Shown piece by piece: positions 19,081 to 28,795 of a stretch of DNA of 64,000 bases. The stretch comes from an uncultured Acidobacteriota bacterium. Its GTDB lineage: Bacteria; Acidobacteriota; Blastocatellia; RBC074. Location: positions 1,322,828-1,386,827 of the forward strand of contig CAWCKY010000006.1 of NCBI GenBank assembly GCA_963796275.1, given 5' to 3'. Below the pieces are notes generated by a model. It was not told the origin of the DNA, ran no database searches, and saw only the letters and a list, made by a program, of their open reading frames with translations. Within the stretch, counting starts at the first letter, position 1, and each line of letters opens with the position of its first letter. A program made the translations under genes and the position numbers.

Positions 19081-22000
19081 TCAAAAGTAGATCTTCACTG
19101 CAAGCTGCACCACACGATTTCCTGAGACAAAACCGGGCTGGCCGTTGAATTCCTGCGTGGCTCTGCCGAGCGGCCCGGTAATAGGCGAGTTCGCTCCGCC
19201 GCGCAGGTTGCGCAGCGACGAACTTGAACCCTGTTGGTTCGCCCTGTAATTCATAAAATCTCCCGCGACATTGAACGTCAGACCGGCGTTGAAGTTATCG
19301 AATTGCGCTTGATTGAAGACGTTGAAGGCCTCCATGCGCAATTGGATGTAACGCGCCGAATCGCCCCCGAGCGGGATGTTCTTGAAGAGTGATAGATCGG
19401 TCAGGTTTAGGCCTGGCCGGCGGATTGTGGAGCGCGGCTGAGGCCCGGGGTTGATGTTCGGCATTGCGATCTTTGTGTAATCGAAAGCCCTTTCTCGGTT
19501 GATCGCCGGTTGCGCGTCACCGGTAATGATCGGACGCGGGCCTTCCGTCCACGAGCCGCTGATGCGCTGCGATGTGTTGATATCCGGTATTCCATAGCCG
19601 AGTTCCAGCGGCTGTCCCGACATGAATTGCGAAACGCCCGTGATCTGCCAACCGTTGAGAACGCCTTTTATCAGCCGGTTGTTGATCCGCGACTTGGGAA
19701 GGTCGTAAAGATAATTGACCACGAGCGTGTGCTTGCGGTCGAAGCTGAGCAGGCGATAATCGTAGCAGCGCGAGCAGACGATGTTGATAAAGTTGCCCTC
19801 CGCGTCGCTGGCCGTGCCGAGCGCTTTTGACCATGTGTAAGCGAGCCCGAATGTCAGTCCTTGCCGGAAACGACGCTGAGCCGTCACTTGCAGCGAATGA
19901 TAATTTGAAGAACCGCCGAACGTTTTGTACTGAACCGTGTTATAGCCGGGATAGCGGCGCAGTAGATCAGCCGGGAGCGCGAGCTGCCCTGAAAATTTCA
20001 ACCCTGCGTCCCGGTAGACTTGCGGCAGTCCATCCTCCATTTCGGGTATTTGGTTCCCCGGGAAGCGCGACGGGTCCTGCGCTTCTTTGGTGAAGAGCGC
20101 TCCGTATGGGATGGCGTTGAGATTGATGTCTTCGGGAAGGTGGCGCGAGAGCGTTCCTACATAACCGACGCTCAGCACTGTGTCGAAACCTAGATCCTGC
20201 TGCACCTGAAAACTGAAGCTCTGCACATTCGGTATATATCCTTTGGGGTCCACGCCGAACACTCCCGACGTTCCGAATGCTACTTGCCCGGCGCTCGCAT
20301 TCGCGCCCACCGTGTTCAGGCTGCCGAATTCGAACCGCGGAGTGTATAAGATGGGCGGCCGCGCGGCGGCAGCCAGGATCACGTTGTTGTTCGAAACACG
20401 GTCATACGCTATGCGGTAGCCGCCGCGCACGACGGTCTTCTGATTACCGAAGACGTCGAAGGCGAAACCGAATGCCGGGCCGAACTGAACACCGCGATTC
20501 TCGAAACCTCCGCGCATAAATCCCTTCGAGTCCTCCAGCATCCCGTTGGCCGGATCGCCCGATCCAGGCACGATCAATCCGATATAGTTGGACGGCAGTG
20601 TATTGCCACTGGGATCAACGGCCCTCCGCTGTCCATCCACCATGATCGGCGTATAGAGGCTAACTGCCTTCGACGGATCGTATCTCTCCGGGACGAAGAA
20701 GGCTGATGCCATCCGCTGGTCGTATTGCGGTTGAAACCAGGTGAACCGCATCCCGTAATCGAGCGTCAGCCTGCGCGTGGCTTTCCAATTATCCTGCAGA
20801 TACCATTCGACATTGGTGTATCGGAACTGAACCTGATAGATGGGGCGCGTGGGCTCACTGAGAGAATCGAAATTACCCAATAGTGCGTTGGCATACGGGT
20901 GACCGGCATTATTCGGGTTGTTGATGTTGTTGCTGAAGGCGATGCTCAGCGAGCCGCCGGCCGGCGTATCCTTGCGGTTGCGCTGAACGTAGATGCCCGC
21001 CTTGGCCGTGTGCGTACCCCAGACTTTGCTCACGTTGTCATAAAAATCGAAGAGCGGGTTGGTGTTCTTGTACGGGAACTGGGCGTAACCCGCAGATCCG
21101 GCGAAATTCTGAGTGGGGGTGCCGCCGAAACTGATGTTGATGAACTGCGTCGCCGGATAGGCGTATGGCAGCCCGAAATTGAAGCCTAGTCCCGCATATG
21201 TCGCCGCGTCTTTATTCGACGGGTCGAGCGTCAGTGTGTTCATGCTCGCGCCGAAGATGAATTCGTTGGTCAGCGTCGGCGAAAGCGTTGTCGTGATGTT
21301 GAGCGCGCTGTTCCATGCGGGCGCCTGTTTGAAGACCAGGTTGTCGAGCGGGATCTGGTTGTTGCCGCCCGTCCAGCCCAGGCCGTATGGCATCACCTGC
21401 ACCTCGGAATCGCGCGTGTAGCGGATGAACGCTCGGGTATTCTCGGTCATGTTGTAATCGAGCCGGATGTTGTATTCGCGGCGCGGGTACGAGACGCTCA
21501 GTTGCGATTGATGGTTGAAGAGCGGAAACCCGGCGTCAGTATTGGCGAAGCTGTTGAATTTCCTGAGGATCGCCACACCGTTCGGGTCGAACCGGTCGAC
21601 CGGAATCACGTTGTTCGGGAAGCATGCCGCCTGATAGTTAATCGCCTGATTAGGATTGTTCGGCGTTGCCTCGCAACGCCCACTCTCTCTGGGATCGCGG
21701 ATATAAATTTTGTTGCCATTGCCATCGACTGTGGTGCTGAAATCTCCATTGAGTTCGGCGGCGGTGGGCACGCGGGATTGCCGCGCTCCCTGCGGCAGCA
21801 ACTGTTCTTGCCAGTCTTGCGACCAGAAGAAGAAGAGCTTGTCCTTCAGAATATTTTTCGGAAGCAAAACCGGACCGCCGATGTTATAGCCCTGATAGTT
21901 GTAGCGGTAAAAGTTGCGCGGTCGATTGGGGTATCCATCTTTTCGCACGCCTTCGGAATTGTTGAAGAAGCTATTGGCATTGAACTGCTCGTGGCGATGG

Positions 22001-22785
22001 AAGTAGTAGCCTGTGCCGTGAAAATTCTTCGTCCCCCCTTTCGTCACGATCTGCACTGAACCGCCGGCTGACCGCCCATATTCGGCCTGATAGTTCGAAG
22101 TGAGTATCTTAAACTCGGCGATGTTGTCGAGCACCAACGCTACGTGCAGCGACCCATTTGACCCAGTATCCAGATTGGTCGTGCCGTCGACCGTCAGGTT
22201 GTGCTGGTTGGAGCGCGTTCCGTTGATGTTAAAACCACCCGCCCCGGCGGGTCCCGCCGTCTGAGCGTTGACGAAACTCACTATTCCCGGTGTGAGTTTG
22301 ACCAGGTCGAGAAAGTTCCGCCCGTTGAGCGCGAGGTTTTCGACCTGTTCGCCGCTGACGATCTGGCTCTGTTCACCGCTCTCAGTCTTCACCAGCAATT
22401 GCGCGGCGTCAGCAGTCACCTCGACCGTGTCCCCGATCTGACCGATTTCCAGATTGATTATCCCCGTGGATTGCCGGTCGGCTACTGCTATAACGATCCC
22501 TGTTTTTACAAATTTTTTGAAACCTGCTCCTTCGATCGAAACCGTATAGTTGCCCGGTTGAAGCGTAGTAAATGAGAAAGTTCCATCCGAACCGGTTTTC
22601 GTTTCGAGTTGAAAATTTCTGGATGAGTCAGAGACGGTAACTTTGGCGCCGGCGACGGCATTGTTTTGCGGGTCCTGCACCGCGCCGGTCAAGGTTGCGC
22701 TCGTCTGTGCTGCTATCGTTGTGGCGGACAGCAGCAGAGGAAGCAGGGAAGTCAGCATCCGCTTGATCGACAATTTTGTCAGCAT
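19081..22785 (-). CDS. TonB-dependent receptor with an N-terminal carboxypeptidase-regulatory-like domain
   Basis: 1234 aa with a signal peptide. It carries the TGAVQDPQNNAVAGAKVTV...GNYTVSIEGAGF CarboxypepD_reg motif, a plug region (NGRNFLDL), and a C-terminal beta-barrel ending in ...KIYF. Confidence 0.85.
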   Translation of the reverse strand: MLTKLSIKRMLTSLLPLLLSATTIAAQTSATLTGAVQDPQNNAVAGAKVTVSDSSRNFQLETKTGSDGTFSFTTLQPGNYTVSIEGAGFKKFVKTGIVIAVADRQSTGIINLEIGQIGDTVEVTADAAQLLVKTESGEQSQIVSGEQVENLALNGRNFLDLVKLTPGIVSFVNAQTAGPAGAGGFNINGTRSNQHNLTVDGTTNLDTGSNGSLHVALVLDNIAEFKILTSNYQAEYGRSAGGSVQIVTKGGTKNFHGTGYYFHRHEQFNANSFFNNSEGVRKDGYPNRPRNFYRYNYQGYNIGGPVLLPKNILKDKLFFFWSQDWQEQLLPQGARQSRVPTAAELNGDFSTTVDGNGNKIYIRDPRESGRCEATPNNPNQAINYQAACFPNNVIPVDRFDPNGVAILRKFNSFANTDAGFPLFNHQSQLSVSYPRREYNIRLDYNMTENTRAFIRYTRDSEVQVMPYGLGWTGGNNQIPLDNLVFKQAPAWNSALNITTTLSPTLTNEFIFGASMNTLTLDPSNKDAATYAGLGFNFGLPYAYPATQFINISFGGTPTQNFAGSAGYAQFPYKNTNPLFDFYDNVSKVWGTHTAKAGIYVQRNRKDTPAGGSLSIAFSNNINNPNNAGHPYANALLGNFDSLSEPTRPIYQVQFRYTNVEWYLQDNWKATRRLTLDYGMRFTWFQPQYDQRMASAFFVPERYDPSKAVSLYTPIMVDGQRRAVDPSGNTLPSNYIGLIVPGSGDPANGMLEDSKGFMRGGFENRGVQFGPAFGFAFDVFGNQKTVVRGGYRIAYDRVSNNNVILAAAARPPILYTPRFEFGSLNTVGANASAGQVAFGTSGVFGVDPKGYIPNVQSFSFQVQQDLGFDTVLSVGYVGTLSRHLPEDINLNAIPYGALFTKEAQDPSRFPGNQIPEMEDGLPQVYRDAGLKFSGQLALPADLLRRYPGYNTVQYKTFGGSSNYHSLQVTAQRRFRQGLTFGLAYTWSKALGTASDAEGNFINIVCSRCYDYRLLSFDRKHTLVVNYLYDLPKSRINNRLIKGVLNGWQITGVSQFMSGQPLELGYGIPDINTSQRISGSWTEGPRPIITGDAQPAINRERAFDYTKIAMPNINPGPQPRSTIRRPGLNLTDLSLFKNIPLGGDSARYIQLRMEAFNVFNQAQFDNFNAGLTFNVAGDFMNYRANQQGSSSSLRNLRGGANSPITGPLGRATQEFNGQPGFVSGNRVVQLAVKIYF

Positions 22786-23325
22786 ATTTTCTCTCCGGTT
22801 CGATAACGCACGTGAGTAGAAGCGCGCGTAGCGAGATGAATTTTATTCGTACTGTGCGTGTGATGACCACGCGTGAAAGAATGATCTGCAATCAATTGCC
22901 GCCGGTGTAAGGCCGGCATCCCCAATGGGTTAATGTGGCTGGCGACATTATTGGCGGAGTATGAGAGTGTGTCAAGATTTCTGGGGGGATAGCGGATCAG
23001 GGGGGAAGGGGGGCACACCTCAAAAAATCACATACAGGCAGAAAAACACGATAGAAGTTATGCCGGAGACGCAAAAATTATTTCTTTGAATTTTGATTGT
23101 TTGTAATTTTGTGGAGAATATTCATTGTCTTTCTATAAGGGTGAGTATCTAAGGTGGGCGCGATCGGCGACAATTCTGCAACGCATTGATGGGCGTTCCC
23201 GTCTTTGCCAAGGGCCAAATACCAAAGGTCAAATTGGTTAGTGATTCGTTTTGGGTTTTAAAAACCCTGGTTTAGAAGGATGCTACAACCGTTTTCCGAT
23301 ATAATAGATTTTAGGATAAATATTT

Positions 23326-26300
23326 ATGCAGAAGTTGGCTGAAATTTGTATTCGCCGTCCTGTCTTTGCGGCGATGATCGTTCTCGCTCTCGTTGTTGTC
23401 GGGACCGACAGTTATTTCAAACTGGGCATCGACCGATTTCCAACAATTGATGTTCCGACGGTCTATATCCGAGCCACACTGCCGGGTGGAGCGCCGGAGG
23501 AGATGGAATCGACGGTTGCGCAGCCGATCGAGGAGGTCGTCAATCGTATCGAAGGACTGGACCAGATGCGTTCGGTTTCTCGCCAAGGACAAGCATTCGT
23601 CATTCTCACTTTCGATCTGGAGCGAAATATCGATGTGGCCGCGCAGGATGTGCGCGATCGCGTTCAATCGGTTCTGCGGGATCTTCCGCCGGGAACCGAC
23701 CCGCCGATCATCAACAAATCGGACAACGATTCAAGGCCGGTCATGACGATCGCGGTTTCGGGTGATCGCTCGCAGCGCGAACTGGCGGAGTTCGCCGAAA
23801 ATCGGATTAAGGTCGATCTGGAACGTTCGATAGGCGTTGGTGAGGTTTACGTCTCGGGCGGGCCGAGTCGCGCGATCAACGTCTGGGTCGATGCCGATCG
23901 GCTGGCAGCCTATCGACTGCCTATCACGACGGTGCGGGAGGCGCTCATACGGCAAAACGCCGACCTGCCGGGCGGCAATATTGATGCGGGACAACGCGAG
24001 CTTAGCTTGCGGACGATGGGCAAGATCATCGAGCCGAAGGATTTCAATGATCTCGTCGTAACCACGATCAACGGGTCGCCGATTCGCATTCGCGACCTGG
24101 GTTATGCCGAAGACGGGACGAAAGAGCAGCGTTCGATCTCACGCTTGAACGGCGTTCCTTCCGTTTCTCTCGGCATCATTCGCCAATCGGGCGCCAACAC
24201 CATCGCCGTGATCGAAGGTATCAAGGAAAAGATGGGGCGGCTCCGGGAGCAGCTTCCGCCGGACATCAAGCTGGATGTCATCGAAGATCAATCGATGTAC
24301 ATCTACAACGCGCTGCACGAGATAAACACTCACCTCATACTGGGAAGTATCTTCGCTTCTCTGGTTGTCTTCGCTTTCATGCGATCGTGGCGCTCGACGA
24401 TCATTGCCGCAATCGCAATTCCCACTTCGGTCGTTTCAACGTTCGGGCTCATGCGCGCGCTCGATTTCACGCTGAATAGCGTCACCATGCTGGCCCTCGT
24501 GCTCATGGTCGGCGTGGTTATCGACGATGCGATCGTCGTTCTCGAAAATATCTTCCGTTTCGTAGAGGAGAAGCGCTTGCCGCCGATGATCGCGGCGAGA
24601 GAGGCGACCAAAGAGATAGGTTTGGCTGTCACATCGACCACGATGTCGCTGGTGGTCATCTTTCTTCCGGTCGGATTCATAGCTCGATCTCCGGCCGCTT
24701 TCTTTTCCAGTTCGGATTTACTGCGGCCTTTGCCATCCTCATCAGTCTATTGGTCTCGTTCACGCTGACGCCGATGATGAGCGCCCGCCTCCTGCGTCTC
24801 GATGACGCCAAATCGGGCATGCGGCATGCGGGGCATACGGGGCATGCGGGGCATACGGGGCCGGCTGGAGCTGCGGCATCGCGAAAGGGCTTCTACTCCT
24901 ATATCGACCGCACATACACGTGGCTGTTGCATCTGGTATTGCGACACCGGTTGATCGTTTCGGCCCTGGTTCTCGTAGTTATCTCTTCATCGGTCTTTCT
25001 CTACCAGCAAATCCGCCAGGAATACATCCCGACCAACGTTGACGAAGCGGAATTTACGGTAAACCTAGAAGCGCCCGAAGGCTCCAGTCTGGCGGCGATG
25101 AATGAAGCGATGCAGGCGGTCGAAAACGATTTGAAGGATATGCCGGAAGTGCGGCTGATGCTGGCTTCCGCCGGCGGCGGCAGCGGGTTTTCCTCGCGGG
25201 TCAACAGCGGCGAAATCTACATCCGAATTCCACCCCACGAAGAGCGGACGATAAACATGGCCAAGTTCTGGACTTGCCTCAAGCGCGGCGAGCCGCTGGG
25301 GGTCTTCCGGGGAAATTATGCGGCGTCGGATGTAATGCAAAAGATTCGCCAGCGGCTGAGAAAGTATCATCACCTGACCCCCTCCGTTCGTAACCCGCGA
25401 TCCATCAACCTCGGGACAGGGCCTTCGGAGATCGATTTCAGCCTGCGCGGCCCTGAGCTCAATATTCTCTATGATAACGCTATCAAGCTGCGCGATTGGG
25501 GAAATGAGAATGGTCTCCTCGATCCTGAGATCACGCTCAAACTCGACAAACCGGAAGTACGAGTGAGGATCGATCGCGTCCGCGCGGCCGACCTCGGCGT
25601 CGACACTACTGATATCGCGACTGCGTTGCGGTTGATGGTCGGCGGTGACGAGCGAGTCTCGCGATTTCGCGATGAGACGCTCAACGAAGATTATGATGTC
25701 GAACTGCGGTTACAGCAGGGGGATCGCAACGATCAAGCGACGATCTCACGGCTTTTCGTGCCATCGAGCGACGCCGGTTTGGTGCGCCTCGACAATCTGG
25801 TCACCCTGGAAGAGACCACTTCTCCTTCGCGTATTGACCGGCTCGATCGCCAGCGTGTTATAGGTGTGCGGTCATCGATCGCAGAGGGCTATGGTATGGC
25901 CGATAGAATGCAGGCGATGAGAGAGAAGTTTGCCGATTTAGGGCTGCCGCCGGAGTACAACTTGGCGGTTGGCGGACGCGGGCGTGAACTCGAGCGTACA
26001 TTCACCGAATTCATCCTCGCATTCCTGCTTTCGATCGCGTTTATGTACATGATCCTCGCGTCGCAGTTCGAGAGCGTCATTCACCCGATTACGATCCTGC
26101 TCAGTCTGCCGATCTCCGTACCGTTCGCGCTGCTCTCGCTCTGGTTAACGGATAACACGCTGAACCTATATTCCGCGCTGGGCATTCTGGTCCTTTTCGG
26201 GGTGGTCAAGAAGAACTCGATCCTGCAGATCGATCACACGCTCAACTTGTTACGCAGTGGAATGGAACGCCATGAAGCCATACTGCAGGCTAACCGCGAC

Positions 26301-26603
26301 CGGTTGCGTCCGATACTTATGACAACCCTCGCCCTGGTGGCAGGCATGCTGCCGCTCGCGCTCGGGACCGGGCCCGGTGCCGAAGAGCGTCGCTCGATCG
26401 CTATTGTGGTTATCGGCGGACAGAGCCTGTCTTTGTTGCTGACGTTGCTTGCGACGCCGGTGGCCTATTCCATCTTCGATGACATCAGCGCCTGGACGCG
26501 CCGGCGAGCGTTTGCGCGAAATTCTGCCGCACCGGGTGAGCGAATGAGCGATAAAGACACTGTCACCAAAGCCGGCACAGCTCACACTGAAGTTGGTGAT
26601 TAG
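23326..26603 (+). pseudogene. RND efflux permease (AcrB/HAE family) split by a 1-nt deletion near 24680
   Basis: ORFs 23326..24768 and 24750..26603 together give a complete ~1090-aa RND permease. Shifting frame at ~24680 restores LPVGF(M)SSISGRFLFQFGFTAAFAILISLLVSFTLTPMMSARLL. This may be an assembly indel rather than a true pseudogene. Confidence 0.85.
24817..24859 (+). repeat. in-frame 9/18-nt tandem repeat (GCATGCGGG GCATACGGG)x2 plus a partial unit, encoding HAGHTGHAGHTG
   Basis: Read directly from the sequence, within the RND permease loop that follows the frameshift. Confidence 0.85.
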
Positions 26604-27090
26604 TTTTCAGCTTTAGGGTTTTCAGGTTTCGGATCTGTCAAAGGTAAATACTGTCAACAACCTCCGGCTCTCAACCGTCACTGATGCGACTGGACAAACA
26701 CACCTGTCTACCGAGGATTGAAACAGACGCCTCAGGCCGGTTTACCAGGCTTTCCCGCGGGGCAGATAGGCCCCAGCCGTTTGACGGCTGGTAGATTGAA
26801 GGATATATCCTTAAGTCGTTACGCGACGAAGATAGACATTTCGTTGGATCTCACGGGCTAAACTTATATCGGCATTTCGGCGAAAACCCGCGGCTTTCTA
26901 AATTCACCCGCACGAAACGAGTAGACCTACCTACTTAATACCGGAAAATACTGGCAATATCGCAAAATGGTCCCCGGCGTATGACACTGCCCCGGACCGC
27001 CATTAACTTACTGAAATTTAAATAAAGGTCCGTCCCGGATGTGGGAAAGGGGAATAAAAAGAAATAGAATCTGTTTGCCCAAGTTTTATA

Positions 27091-27106
27091 TGTGACATAT
27101 GACACA
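27091..27106. promoter_or_regulatory. CRP/FNR-like half-site pair TGTGA-N6-ACACA
   Basis: TGTGACATATGACACA lies ~63 nt upstream of the 27169 start codon. It matches TGTGA-N6-TCACA at 9 of 10 positions. Confidence 0.3.
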
Positions 27107-27168
27107 CGCCTATTTTTATGCTAAAACTTTAAACACTTGCCCTCAATCTATGCATAGATAAATCCGGC

Positions 27169-27987
27169 ATGTTTAATTTTCTCCAACTTCTTGCTTCAAC
27201 AATTCTATATCGCCCTTATGTATTCATTTTTTTTGGATGTTTTCTATTCATAGCCATCACCACGATAGGATGGAGGAGGACGATAGTTTTCACGGGGACG
27301 GCATATACGATAGCGTTCATCTGTGAGTGGAGTTCAGCAGTGGCGGGCACGGGAATTCCTTTCGGCCTCTATCATTATATTCCTGCCACTATAGGGAAAG
27401 AGCTTTGGATAGCGGGGGTGCCCTTCATGGACTCGCTTTCTTTCACCTTTCTCTCCTATATCAGCTGGGAACTGTCTTCGCTATTACTCGGCGAACTGAA
27501 GGCGAGCCAGGGAGACTTGCAGATAGTCAACGGTGAACAGACCAGAAAAACGTGGCCGGCGGCTTTCCTCGCATCATTTCTGATGATGTATCTAGACATC
27601 ATCATCGATCCGGTGGCTCTACGCGGTGATCGCTGGTTCCTCGGGAAAATTTATTACTATCCCGACGGAGGGGTATACTTCGGGGTTACCCTAGCCAACT
27701 TCATCGGGTGGTATATTGTTTGTTTCGTCATTATCCGAATCAATCTCTTATTGGAAAGAATCGTTTTTGCCAAGACAAAAACTCTTTCAGCCGGTGTGCG
27801 CGCTTATCGTTACAAGGCGCTGGGTCCTGTCGGACTCTACCTGGGCATCCTCGGATTCAACTTGTTTATGACATTCTGGATCGGCGAGTTGCTCCTGGGT
27901 ATTGTAGGCGTGATAGTCATAATGCCTTTAGCAGTTATGGTAATGCTGGCTATACACACGAATCGAGTTCAACTGAATGCTTGCTGA
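27169..27987 (+). CDS. polytopic membrane protein, carotenoid-biosynthesis-protein (DUF422/CruF-like) family
   Basis: About 7 TM segments. GTGIPFGLYHYIP...GVPFMDSLSF and IIDPVALRGDRW resemble the conserved PFG.Y.Y / VP motifs of that family, recalled from memory. Confidence 0.55.
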   Translation: MFNFLQLLASTILYRPYVFIFFGCFLFIAITTIGWRRTIVFTGTAYTIAFICEWSSAVAGTGIPFGLYHYIPATIGKELWIAGVPFMDSLSFTFLSYISWELSSLLLGELKASQGDLQIVNGEQTRKTWPAAFLASFLMMYLDIIIDPVALRGDRWFLGKIYYYPDGGVYFGVTLANFIGWYIVCFVIIRINLLLERIVFAKTKTLSAGVRAYRYKALGPVGLYLGILGFNLFMTFWIGELLLGIVGVIVIMPLAVMVMLAIHTNRVQLNAC

Positions 27988-28000
27988 GGATAAATATTAA

Positions 28001-28741
28001 GTGAGAGAAACCGGATTAAATCCATTGTTATTACCCGTGGTCTTCGCTCAGGGGCTCTGGGTGAAGCGCGTCACTCCGCGTCTGCCCGATGCTGCAGGAC
28101 CTAATGAAGGGATTGTGACGGGTACGACCCCGACTTTCAGGTTGATTATGCTCGGCGAATCGACGGTGGCGGGCATCGGCGCGCCGACGCACGAATTCGC
28201 GTTGACCGGGCAGACGGCGAAAGCTTTCGCGCGACTGAGCGGACGCGCAGTCCATTGGGTGGCGCTCGGACGTTCAGGGGCAAATGCGCGAATCGCGCTT
28301 GCCGAGCTCGCGCCGAAACTGGCAGGCAGACGAGCGGATGCCGTCGTCATTGCGCTCGGAGTCAACGATACGACGGGACTTAACAGCGTAAAGCGGTGGA
28401 AAGAGGATATTCGTAAACTAATAGTCGCTATCCGCAAAGAGCTGGGAGACGTAAGGATCATCATTTCAGGGCCGCCCCCGCTCGGCTCATTTCCCGCATT
28501 CCCGAATCTTCTCAGGCTTTTTCTCGGGTCCAGGTCGAGGTTGCTCGATCAGGGATTGTCGCAACTCGCGCCGACGATGCATAACATCGTGCATGCACCG
28601 ATGATCAAGGAACTGCACGATCGTCATTTTTGCGAAGATAAATTTCATCCGAGCACTGCAGGTTATACCGCGTGGGGTGAGTATCTGAGCCATTACATCT
28701 CGGAAAATAGCGGGCAGTGGGCAGCTGGCGGCAGGCAGTGA
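28001..28741 (+). CDS. SGNH/GDSL-type hydrolase
   Basis: Block I is IMLGESTVAGIG, block III is VVIALGVNDT, and block V is the C-terminal D..HP. It lies 13 nt downstream of the preceding gene. Confidence 0.75.
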   Translation: MRETGLNPLLLPVVFAQGLWVKRVTPRLPDAAGPNEGIVTGTTPTFRLIMLGESTVAGIGAPTHEFALTGQTAKAFARLSGRAVHWVALGRSGANARIALAELAPKLAGRRADAVVIALGVNDTTGLNSVKRWKEDIRKLIVAIRKELGDVRIIISGPPPLGSFPAFPNLLRLFLGSRSRLLDQGLSQLAPTMHNIVHAPMIKELHDRHFCEDKFHPSTAGYTAWGEYLSHYISENSGQWAAGGRQ

Positions 28742-28795
28742 TGATCATTTACCGGCCGACCGTCTCATCGACCATTTGTCCAGAGGAACTATTCG

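Noticed and set aside
24660-24770. Programmed ribosomal frameshifting as an explanation for the split RND, DUF1501, Nudix-MBL, DSD1, response-regulator and inositol-phosphate-synthase genes.
   Set aside because: None of the junctions has a slippery heptamer or a downstream pseudoknot-like structure. The shifts sit inside conserved domains, where both halves are needed, and their directions are mixed. Sequencing indels are the simpler explanation.
26604-27168. A known structured RNA (RNase P RNA, tmRNA, or a cobalamin/TPP/SAM/c-di-GMP riboswitch) in the long gap.
   Set aside because: I could not find the diagnostic core strings on either strand, for example GGAAAGTCCGGGC, the tmRNA 3' tRNA-like end, or the B12 box. 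This was by eye only, so an Infernal scan is still worthwhile.
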